A stretch of 63,808 bases of DNA, the filler included, from Trichomonas gallinae (lineage: Eukaryota): NCBI GenBank assembly GCA_008369845.1. It is 10 parts of 10 records of this genome, joined end to end, with 100 filler letters (N's around TTAATTAATTAA, not from the genome) between each part and the next. Parts side by side here need not be neighbours in the genome. Positions count along the whole stretch, not along the records: positions 51,492 to 55,768 come from MRSU01001137.1; positions 55,869 to 56,880 come from MRSU01001142.1; positions 56,981 to 62,399 come from MRSU01001143.1; positions 62,500 to 63,808 come from MRSU01001144.1; 6 more parts are not named here. One strand, 5' to 3'. Numbering within the stretch: the stretch's first letter is position 1; each line of letters begins with the position of its first letter. A program made the position numbers and the translations under genes. Below are positions 53,523-63,808 of the stretch, piece by piece. Below the pieces are notes generated by a model that did no database searches, was not told where the DNA came from, and saw nothing but the letters and a program-made list of their open reading frames with translations.

Positions 53523-55768
53523 ATGAATTCCGCCCTATTTCGTCCTCCCAAGGCAGAAAATCGAAAACAAGGGCGGAGAGCCTCGAATACAGATAAACGG
53601 AAGAAGTTGCATATGATCATTGAAGATTTAACAAACGAGAAGAATGAATACGTGAATTATTCAAATCATCTCTCTCAAACTGAGGAATCTGTTAAAAATG
53701 ATAACGAAAAACTTCTTCAAGCAATACAAAAGCACCAAAACTTGTATAAATCACTTCGAGAAACGCTGAAAAAGTATCCATCGATCATGAAAAAATCATT
53801 CAGACAACACCACGAAGCGAAGCACAGATATAACAAATACCACGTCCAAGTCCAAGGCCAAAAAGATGGGACTTGTAATGATAACATGCAGAAAGAGATT
53901 AGAAACGTTCTTTTTGATCTGCATAATATCAAGAATGACTTTAACGATACTATTCAGACTAAGCAGAAGTTCGAATCTATGATACAACAAATCAACCAAA
54001 TGCAAGATATTCAAAATGGATTGGCAAAAACTAACGCGCAGTTGATAGAAGAGCTTAATAAGTATCGAAATGAGCCTACTCTTAAAGACATATTGCAAAG
54101 AATCGACAAAAAAGCAGAAAAAACAAAGCAATTACAATCTGAGCTTGAGAAAAAAACGTTAGAACAAAATATCACTCCAACAGATGCATGTAACCAGGCA
54201 TGTAATGCTTTAAATGATATAGATCCATTAGTTAGCAAGCTTAATGAAATATTAAGCCCGAATAATTTATCGACATCAAAATCTTTCAATAATACGACAC
54301 AAAAAAGTACAATGATATCGAATATGTGCTCTGGACTTTATCAATCCGATGGACAAACATCATTAACACCTGGAAATACATTAGATCAAATTAATAACTC
54401 AAAATATCAGTCAGAATCGAATATACAACAAATTCTGGATCAGCCACAACTCAAAAATACTAGACATAACAATCTTTCAAGTTCAATGCGAAATTTGCGA
54501 TTAAATACCATGAGTACTCACAATAACAAAGGCAGAATCTCAAGTGTCGACATTTTCGTGCCATTCTCCAAGAAGCCGATAACTAAACAATCGTATGCCC
54601 ATCAAAATAGCCTTCAACTTCTCGATGAAATGAACAACACTTCCGCGCAAGTTTCCGAAGCATTAAGCGAAGCAGAGAGAAGGAAGAAGAAATACAAAGA
54701 CGTGGGATCAAGCGAGTTCCCGTCCGATTTACTAGGCTTAAGCGACTTAGATAATGAATCCTCTCACAAGACTCCAACTGAAGTCGAAATGAGATCATCT
54801 CACAACAACTCTGAAGACGAAAGTGAGCCTTCAATATTTGACGACGGTCCGATTAAAATGGTCCGCGACTCAGATGGAAAACTGAAGTTCGACAACGACC
54901 CGCAGGTAGATAAGTTCATTGCACCAGACGGAAAAGAAATTCAAAAAGAAAATGACGCATATTTAGACGAGAACGGAAATTTTGTTGAAATCCAACGAGA
55001 TCCAAAGGGTTATTATTTCTTGGACGACAAAAACACAAGGGTCGACTTGAAGCCTGTGTATAACAACGACGAATCCTACAGCACGAGACTGTCGGATGGA
55101 ACAATGAGAAGGACGGAACATAGCAGTGAAACTCGGCCGATAAAATCAAAAACAATAAAGGCTCATTACGCGGACAGTGAAGGAAGCGTGAAAGAAAAGG
55201 CAGACGAGTTCGATAGCACTGGAACTTGGGATTCCAACGCTGAAAAGCCTAAAGAAGAAAACATGTCATTAAAAACAATGGTTGTCGAAAAAATCATCGG
55301 CGAAAAGAAAGTCGTTAAAGATGGTAAACCGTTGATAAGGAAACGCATAATACACAAAGATAATGACAATGAGCCAGACTACGAATACTTCACCGATGAT
55401 GAAGCATTGCACGCAACACACATGAAGAAAGACGACAAGTCTGTTGTTAGAAGAAGAAAATATCCAGGCTACGAAAAATCAGACTGCGAATATGAATATT
55501 TCACTGATGACGAAGCTCTACACAAAACTAAAGTCAATAAAGATGGAAAGCCAATGATCAGAAGAAGAAAATCGCTGGAAAAGAATGCAGATAATGAATA
55601 TGACTACGAATATTTCACAGATGACGAAGCTCTTCATGCGACTAAAGTCACAAAAGATAAAATGCCTAAAATCAGAAGAAGGAAATATCCTAATTACAAA
55701 GATCCAGACTGCGAATATGAATATGTCACAGACGATGAAGCTCTTCATGCGAGTAAATTCAACATCGA
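53523..55768 (+). CDS. Coiled-coil / low-complexity protein with C-terminal 37-38 aa tandem repeats; 3'-truncated by gap
   Basis: N-terminal coiled coil; EY(F/V)TDDEALH repeats at 55383, 55494, 55608 and 55719; first ATG at 53523. Confidence 0.8.
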
Positions 55769-56754
55769 NNNNNNNNNNNNNNNNNNNNNNNNNNNNNNNN
55801 NNNNNNNNNNNNTTAATTAATTAANNNNNNNNNNNNNNNNNNNNNNNNNNNNNNNNNNNNNNNNNNNNAATGTATTCAAAACAAATGATAAATGAAGTAA
55901 AATCGTTATATGTTATATTGATTATGATAAAATCTGCGAAAACAGGCGCTTAAAACAGATAAACAAATATATGTCATAATGATAAATAACATATACTCTA
56001 AAATTTGTAATTTTTAGGAATTTAATATGGACTTCATACAATTTTTAGGAAAATTGTTGGTTTCTATATTGTCATTATATGCCAAACATGTTATTTGCCA
56101 TTATAGTAAACAAAGCCATTCAAAGTGAAACATTTTTGTATTTTCCAAATTTTATCTGCAATAAATATGCTTGATTCGTAAAGATTTCGAAGTGAATGGC
56201 CGAATCTCTGGTTTTACTGCTTTTTGTAGATGCTTTTTGGGTTTTGGAAATTGCATCGAGATAAGATGTCGCTCATCTTTTGTTGGAATTTAATACGAAA
56301 GAGCTAGTTTTCGGACTCGCAAGCATCTGCCAAAACATGAGTCCGAGAAAGCATATTTTCGAGAGCGAGCAAAGGTGATAAGGTTATTCCTCTCGATTTT
56401 TTTGAAGGTGCGTTTTTTGTTCCATTGTAAAGAACTCATAAAACAGATTGTATTTATCGATGTATCGCTCGAAAATTTTGAGATTTTTAATATAAAAATT
56501 CCAAAATTGAGACAAAAAACAGAAAATTTTATTACTTTAAGTTTCTACCTTAAGAGAATGCGAGACTCAATTTCATACTCGGCTTTTTTCCTCGACTCAA
56601 ATTAGTCTATCGTTTACATCTATACTTATATATATATCAATAAATTGCATTATAAATACATGTGCCTGATGAATATTGAGTTGTCAGGTATTTGATATTA
56701 GAAATAGGTTGAAAAAAGGAAAATAAGGTAATATAACATAATCTATAAAACATT

Positions 56755-56880
56755 TTAGTTGCGCTCACCACGGATGCGCTGAGCAAGCTGAACATCACGC
56801 TCCATGATTGTAACACGGTTAGCATGGATAGCGCAAAGGTTTGTATCCTCGAAGAGGCCGACGAGGTAAGCTTCAGAAGC
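56755..56880 (-). CDS. H3: Histone H3, C-terminal fragment (5' part lost in gap)
   Basis: Manual translation [41 protein letters not shown]; absent from the ORF track. Confidence 0.95.
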   Translation of the reverse strand, partial: ASEAYLVGLFEDTNLCAIHANRVTIMERDVQLAQRIRGERN

Positions 56881-57436
56881 NNNNNNNNNNNNNNNNNNNN
56901 NNNNNNNNNNNNNNNNNNNNNNNNTTAATTAATTAANNNNNNNNNNNNNNNNNNNNNNNNNNNNNNNNNNNNNNNNNNNNCCCCATGGACGTCGCTCTGA
57001 CTGGCTGATATGAAGCACTTTTTCAAATTTTGTAAACCATTCAAACCTACCCCCTTAAAACTACCTGCAATTAAAAAAAAAAATTTACAACTATATTCAA
57101 TTCAATTATATTAGTGCAATTACACAAATATTTTGATGTGCTGATCAACGATGACAGTTGTTTTTTCCAATTTTCTTCTCAAAAAATATTTTACTTCTCA
57201 AATCAATGAAAACTCAGTATATTGCTCAATTAATCTCATTATCAATGATAACCAGAACAAACATGAAATTGAAGTTTAAATAATTCAAAAGAAAGATATT
57301 CTCAATTGTTTTTTTTTTTTGCTTTAATAACTACCTACATTGATGTATATCAATAAAAACATGTTAAATCTTTAATTGAATACCAACGTAAAAGTAGAGA
57401 AAAAATTAGCAGTTTTCAATACCATTCAATATTAAT

Positions 57437-57946
57437 ATGCAAATCAACATTTTGCCCAAACGCCCTCTCCGCAGCGTCGGCAAACCGCATCCCAAATCAC
57501 AGTTTTCAGTACGGGAAGATACTATGCTAAAAACCTTGGTCGATCATTATGGAGAGAGATCTTGGGAATTAGTATCACAACTCATGGTTACACGCAATGT
57601 TAGGCAATGCAGGGAAAGATATACAAAGTACTTATCACCAGATATCAATAAATCTCCTTGGACAAAAGCAGAAGATAAATTATTGATGGCAAAGTACAAT
57701 GAACTTGGACCAAAATGGATGAAAATATCCAAGTTTTTCAATAGTAGAACAGATGCCGCCATCAAAAATCGCTGGCATATTCTTGTGCGACAACGTTCAA
57801 ATGGATTCAATTCTTTTATTGTTGATATAGACGATGAAACTCCAACAGATGAAGAAATTGATCCAATAGAGAAAATTTATCAAGGATTTGAAGCCTGTTC
57901 GAAACTTTTAGAAGAAATGGATGGAGATCCTTTCGCAATATGGTAA
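57437..57946 (+). CDS. R2R3 Myb-like DNA-binding protein
   Basis: FSVREDTMLKTLV..YG..SW..VS, RNVRQCRERY..YLSP, PWTKAEDKLL, GPKW..IS, RTDAAIKNRW. Confidence 0.95.
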   Translation: MQINILPKRPLRSVGKPHPKSQFSVREDTMLKTLVDHYGERSWELVSQLMVTRNVRQCRERYTKYLSPDINKSPWTKAEDKLLMAKYNELGPKWMKISKFFNSRTDAAIKNRWHILVRQRSNGFNSFIVDIDDETPTDEEIDPIEKIYQGFEACSKLLEEMDGDPFAIW

Positions 57947-58715
57947 GATTATTTCTTACAAAGAAGATAAATTGTTTGTTTTCTTTAATGCTCTTACTAT
58001 ACATATCTCCAATAATCTATAGTATATTACTGGACTAAATCAATTAACACTATGGTAATCACGCTACCAAGCTTACATTAGATGTGATTTATGCATTAAA
58101 TTTATGCTTTTTTTTTTGAATTTTCATTAATTTCATATAGAATATTGCTAAAAATAATGATAAGTCTATTGCATATGTTGCATTCTCACATACTATGCAT
58201 AATCCCTAAAGAATTGAAAAAGAATTTTGCATTTTATAATTTCGATTTTGTTCCTCAAAGAATTTCATTAACAACTTCTATGTGTTAACAATAATCAAAT
58301 TAATATAGGAAAATGCTATACTTTTGCAACTTCAGTTAGAATCATCATCTTCATATTTGGTGAATCTGACGAATTCACCGGCAGGGATCATTTATAGAGT
58401 CACAGCATCAAAATAATAGAATTTTTGCTGTTTTGATGTAGAAATTGGCGTTAATATAAAATTATGTCATCGTAGATGATGTTTTTGACTAATTGTTTAA
58501 ATAGCTAAAGGTCCACCAGCTTCTTGGCTAAGAAAATGAAATCGATGATTGAGAATAAAAAATTCGAAATATCGGCACGTAAACAAGCAAAATCTCAATA
58601 TATGTGTGAATAATATGACTTCAGCTCTCGTATACAAGTGATAAACGTAATAGTGTCATTGCATAAACTGCCACTGATAAATCTTTGAAAAGTTGTATAG
58701 AGAACATAAGAACTC

Positions 58716-59159
58716 ATGGCGGAGTATCAACAGAGCAGAATCCTGATTCGCGTGATCTCGAATAAAGATAAAGAAAGAATGTACGCAGTCGATCCTAACG
58801 CGTGCATTTACACTTTGAAACAGTCTCAGGTTGAAGCTATGCAATTTTTACTTAACAATAGTGTGCTTGATCAAAACAAGACATTCAATGACTATGAAAT
58901 TAAGGAAGGAGATACAATATATTGTTATATTGCAATCCCCAAAACGAGGGAAAATGCTCTTTGGCAAGAAATGAAAATTCAACAAAATGATTTCATAATG
59001 GCCAAGGCGTTTGCTAATCACAATTCAACCATGAGAGCACTCAAAGCATTTAAAGAGATGCAGGAAATATTGCCTAAAGCTCAAGAAAGTAAGATCGAAA
59101 TACTCAAACCTAAAAAACCAAATGGCCCATGCACAAGTCCCATTGAATGGGCTAGTTAA
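58716..59159 (+). CDS. Ubiquitin-like domain protein
   Basis: QFLLNNSVLDQNKTFNDYEIKEGDTIY resembles the ubiquitin-fold C-terminal half. Confidence 0.7.
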   Translation: MAEYQQSRILIRVISNKDKERMYAVDPNACIYTLKQSQVEAMQFLLNNSVLDQNKTFNDYEIKEGDTIYCYIAIPKTRENALWQEMKIQQNDFIMAKAFANHNSTMRALKAFKEMQEILPKAQESKIEILKPKKPNGPCTSPIEWAS

Positions 59160-59837
59160 TAAATTTTGAAATAAATTATTGCATCTTGAATTATAATAAT
59201 AAAATATTTGATTTGTCATGGAATAGAGCAATCACAACTGATTTAGTTATAGCTTGTCCTTGTGTATATGATTTGAATGTTATAATGTATTATTATCGAC
59301 ATCTTTACAAAGAATCTGATATTTAAAGTCAAATTCATGATTTGAAGCATAGAACTCGTATATATTATATATTATATGCATATAAATGGCATTACACTGT
59401 TTGTTAAACTCAGATACGTGCAAACATGATAAGCAACGTAAAACATCGCATATGTTCATCTACTTGGCTTTATACATATAGCATGATAATATGCAGATCG
59501 AATAGTATCTACATATAGTGATGTTTCCTGTTTTGCTCAAATAATTTACAAGATTATTTTATATCACACAGTTACACAAAAGAGCTTTAGTTTATATCAA
59601 ATAAGGATTGTGTGCATTGTAATTATCGAATTAAAAATATATTCTGAGAAAGTAAAAAATTTTGAAAATACGAATAGTGATAGATATTGCATTATCTCTG
59701 GTTTAAGCAATCTTCAGATAGCGTAGAATGATTGCATCGGTCACCAACCATATATTTTCAATCATTTTAGCATTTTGAGCATTACAATAACTTTTAAGAG
59801 CAACATATAGCAACACGAGTCTTATGTATGAATAAAT

Positions 59838-60102
59838 ATCGACCTGCAAGTTGTTTCTTGCTCTTGCAGGTCAGATTCGATGAATGAGATTATTGTGAGT
59901 CGTGAAAATGGCTTTCTTGAACTGCAAGATCCACAAATAGCGCTCAAACCAAGAAATCTGCAGTAAAAAAAAAAAACATTCTAGCGGAATGCGAATAATA
60001 CGTTATTCCTCATGTCATCGTAATGAAGCATCATATAGGTTTTTGACACGTAAGGGGATCGACTTGCAAGTAGTTTCTGGCTCTCGCAGGTCAAATTCGA
60101 GA
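59838..60102. repeat. Degenerate duplication (220-nt spacing) of a ~45-nt hairpin unit
   Basis: ATCGACCTGCAAG...CTTGCAGGTCAGATTCGA at 59838 and ATCGACTTGCAAG...CTCGCAGGTCAAATTCGA at 60058. Confidence 0.7.
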
Positions 60103-60502
60103 TCAATGAATAAAGCGTCTGAAATTCGTCGCTTTCTATCTCTGGAAAGAGCATTAATGTATATGTGGCATTGAACGTCACTCAAAACAGGCACAAAACG
60201 GAGAAATTTTGTAAATCGCGAAGATGTAAAAGTTTCAATTAGAATGTTCGGATATAATCATCCAAGTGCACTCTCCAAGAATATAATACAAATAGATCTA
60301 TAAAATCATTTATTTTTTTACACTTTCAAATAATCATTTTTTAAAAGCACTAGTTGGTGCATAACAAGACTAAACAGAAATAATTTCGAAATTTACAAAA
60401 TTTTAGTCATGTCAAAAAAAAAAAAAACGAAAAGTCTCAATTTTTATGTAAAACAGATTAAATATTCATTCGTTTTGGAAATTAAATTAAGGTTTGTCAT
60501 CA

Positions 60503-61434
60503 ATGACAACTGTATCTACCAACATTTCTTTAGTTGATTATCTCAGACTTGTTAAAGGGTCAGAAAAATGCAAGATTAGCTTTCACTATGGCGATTGCGA
60601 TGATCCAATGCTCCTATCTATATTCACAATAGGTGTTATTTTGCTCATTCCATTTTTTTATGAAGCTGCAAAGTTGATACGAAACGGAATATCAATCAGA
60701 AGAACGAAGCTAAATCCTGGTACATCTTATTGCGTTCTATTTTCAATAGAAAATATTTTTATTTTGATAGGCAATTTCTTATATACTTCCCATTATCAAG
60801 CAAATCAAAGCGTGAATATTATGCTTACTATGATGATCTCATCAATACTAATATTTCGTGTTTAAACTATAATTAGTTTTATCAATAGCTTTGCTGACGT
60901 ATTAGCTTCTTTAGACTCTCAGACATTATATGGCATTTTATCCATTAGTTCCAAAACAATTTATTATATCTTATTATATTATATTTGGGTATTTTTACTC
61001 GGTTGCTCACTAACTAGTGTTCCAAATAATTTTTATCGATATATAGGTTTCACTCAAATCATTTCGATAATTACAATTTTATCAAGTATTTTTCATCACA
61101 CTTGGTGTTGTTCTTTTATTCGAATGCTTTATTGTTTCAAAAGCTTCATATTGGATACATAAAACATAATAAAAGAAAAATGAAGATTTCGATTTTCATA
61201 TTATGCATGAGTTATTGCTTAATGATTACCTGTCATTATTTCTTATCGTCGAAAACATTTAAGTATAAATTTATCATTAATATCTTTAAAGATATTATAC
61301 ATTCCTGGTTACATAATTTACAAATATCCTGTTGGTTGGTCTTTGCTTGCTATAATATCTTTTGTTTCTCGGCCAAACTACATGGAATCAAAAGATGACC
61401 GCCGTAGTACCGAAGCCATGGCATCACTGATATA
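60503..61434 (+). pseudogene. Disrupted multi-pass membrane protein gene (~7 TM)
   Basis: Hydrophobic helices continue in frame past TAA 60863; a frameshift near the T run at ~61090 joins track ORF 61102..61398; a further shift gives the tail PNYMESKDDRRSTEAMASLI*. Confidence 0.55.
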
Positions 61435-62499
61435 ATATTAATTTATGTTTTGTAAAACATATTGTAGACTTTCATTATATTAACGGCTTATACTTAAAGT
61501 TCAATATTATTAAATAATAATATTGAAGACTATTTTTAGACATAAATAACTAGTTTATTATTTGTATTTATGGTCTTGTATTGATGATATGATAGTTGAA
61601 GATCCAAATTAGTTTAATTTCGAATCTTTTCTTTATAAAAATTATAGTTGTTTAGGAGCATTTCAGCAGTATGATGCCTTATAAATTTAAACTTACTGTT
61701 TTACACAAGAAATCCACAGGAAACGACGGTATTCTAGTATATGAATTCATTTCAGAAGAATATTGGAGTTGATGATTTGATTGATTAAACGATTAAGGCA
61801 TCTCACGCTATATAATCGAGAAATAAATTCTAAGATATGGAGCTTTCTAGTTACAAGCATGTGGGGAACTTCAGGACGCGTTCGAAATTGGAAAGAGTGC
61901 AATCAATGAATGACATAAAGTTCACCGACTATGCAGTCCAAAATGATACCGTATATGCCAAGTATAGATAGAGGATATCAATATTATCCGAATGAAAAAA
62001 GATTTTTGTAATGTAAATTATTCAAATTCTTTAATCGTGAACAAAATATTATCCGATTCAAATTGTGAATGATCTGACTAAAAATTAAATGATTTTGTAA
62101 AATTTTACGAAAACGACATGTATACTAAAGAATTGAGTTGTTTTGTCACGTAAATATAAAAATGCATTCACAATTTGAATCGGAATTTTATTCCACGAAC
62201 TTGGGGGTCCCGGTTAGACTATTCAATTCGGATCGGAATTTAGCCTTTAAATGGCATTTTCCCGCTGATTTCTCTCCACGGCAGACGTTCTTTGTCTCGG
62301 AAACAGCGAGATTTTGGAATTTCCATTTCATTCATGACTCGACATCCCCTCATTCCTCTCATTAAACATTCAATTTTTACCGAAACCAATTAATCAAATN
62401 NNNNNNNNNNNNNNNNNNNNNNNNNNNNNNNNNNNNNNNNNNNTTAATTAATTAANNNNNNNNNNNNNNNNNNNNNNNNNNNNNNNNNNNNNNNNNNNN

Positions 62500-63808
62500 G
62501 CTGATGAACTGAAAAGCACATACAATGCTGGTGATGAGCTTTCAGTTAATGTTTTCCTTGGTGATTATCAAAGTGGATCAAGATTTGCAATAGGATATCA
62601 TTTCGGTGACGAAGATTGGAATCCAGAAGGATTGGACTTCAGCATATCAAACTACTATACAATAGGAGATAATTGGAGAACAGATGATTTTCAAATCAAG
62701 CTGAAACTGCCTAATACATCGAGATGGTATTATCTATATATTTTCGCTGTTGATGACTTTCTCGATATCGATATCCAAAACATGCGCGTAGAAAAGATTT
62801 GGATCAACGAGAAACCAGTTGTTACTGATTGGAAGCCTATCAATGATACATACTACGCGAATGGCTACATTGATGTCGAAGCTAAAGTTTATGATGATTC
62901 CACTGTCTTCTTGAAATATATTTTCGACAACGATATTCAAACATCAGATCTGATCGGGTGGGTCACCGCAAACAGAGATCAGTCGACAGTTTTTGCAGAA
63001 ATTCCAATCCCAGATTCTTTGAGAGTAGGAAATCATAAGCTAGTTGTCTTTGCTCAAGACATATATAACGCAACATCAGAAAAGAAAGAATATAGCTTTT
63101 ATTTGACTTCAGGACATGCACCAATTATTAATATCGTGAGCAGTTCACCAAACAATTTATACGGATACAATGACGCAATCGAATTTAATGGCACAGTATA
63201 TGATGTTGATTCTACTGATACTATAACAGTTTATGTTCAATATGAAGATAAGAAAGAAACAATTTTATCGGAGCCATCTCAAAACAAAACTCACACAGTC
63301 TCTTATAGAATTCAAAACCCACTCCAGGATAAGGATTTCATAGTCACATTCAGAGCACACGACAATAAAGGCTCGTATTCCAAGACAATTACTTTCCCTG
63401 TCATCATTAGACGAAAGAGAGAATGCATTATTACTTCCTCATTCGAAAATACTTATCTTCCAAATACAAACATCACAGTTACAGGATATGTTACAGACTT
63501 CGATCCTAATGAAATTGTCACAGTCTTTTGTATGATCGATGGTGTTATTAAACGGTTTAAAGATTCACAACTTAATATAGGACCAAAGAATGTGATGCAA
63601 AAATTTACACTTCAACTTCAATTGCCATCGAAAACTGGTTCGTATATTCTATCTTTTTGGGCAGAGTCCTCTAAAGGCAAGACATATCATACAGATCACA
63701 CTATTATAATTGATTCTCCTCCAAAAATTTTAGAATGGTTAGATTTTAATTCAGAGATCTATCAAAACGAATTGGTTGAAATCAAACTTAAAGTCAGTGC
63801 AAATTCTG
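62500..63808 (+). CDS. Bap-like / cadherin-like Ig-fold repeat surface protein, internal fragment open at both ends
   Basis: 436 stop-free codons from 62500 (ADELKSTYNAGD...); ~100-aa beta-rich repeats NEKPVV, GHAPII, GTVYDVDSTD, GYVTDFDPNE, VFAQD, FRAHD; absent from the ORF track. Confidence 0.8.

Noticed and set aside
56981..57010. CCCATGGACGTC resembling histone H4 AMDVV next to the H3 fragment
   Set aside because: Match is only 3-4 codons, then diverges and stops; it also lies across an artificial linker
61580..62399. Possible pseudogene and a GC-richer element end before the gap
   Set aside because: Many stops and no identifiable motif or terminal repeat
29512..62499. Regularly recurring TTAATTAATTAA palindrome within N runs
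   Set aside because: Artificial six-frame-stop scaffolding linker; track ORFs containing X runs are artefacts or truncated by it
634..62940. Numerous short antisense or alternate-frame ORFs in the track
   Set aside because: Shadows of long real genes or AT-rich chance ORFs with no domain signatures

Overview
AT-rich eukaryotic DNA with no introns evident, most consistent with a trichomonad (Trichomonas-like parabasalid). Support comes from a BspA LRR gene, Bap-like and Pmp-like surface proteins, two BEACH genes, a short R2R3 Myb, a trichomonad-type histone H3 C-terminus and AAAGTGAC promoter motifs; the species cannot be called from sequence alone. The window is a pseudo-scaffold of 10 contigs joined by nine artificial 100-nt linkers (N44-TTAATTAATTAA-N44), so adjacency across linkers is unreliable. 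Housekeeping genes: lipase class 3, two BEACH/WD40 proteins, kinesin, DENN protein, ARM/HEAT-like protein, LtaS/MdoB-like sulfatase-fold enzyme, bromodomain protein, PfkB kinase, BRWD/PHIP-like WD40 protein, Myb, ubiquitin-like protein, partial histone H3, tRNA-Ala(TGC) and partial tRNA-Gly(GCC). There are two tandem arrays of putative surface proteins: five F5/8-type-C-like genes (20.3-24.5 kb) and a beta-helix/Pmp-like array (31.1-38.1 kb). The strongest signal is that most putative surface-protein genes, from several unrelated domain families, have conserved open frames with no in-frame ATG at the N-terminus. They start just after a stop codon at a Leu/Ile codon, lack signal peptides, and share a C-terminal [S/T]C-spacer-hydrophobic tail; the F5/8 copies each also carry an upstream AAAAGTG(A/T)C motif. 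Also notable: the 31.1-38.1 kb contig has identical 74-nt ends (circle or collapsed tandem unit), and three long consecutive hairpins bracketed by direct repeats lie at 53.1-53.4 kb.
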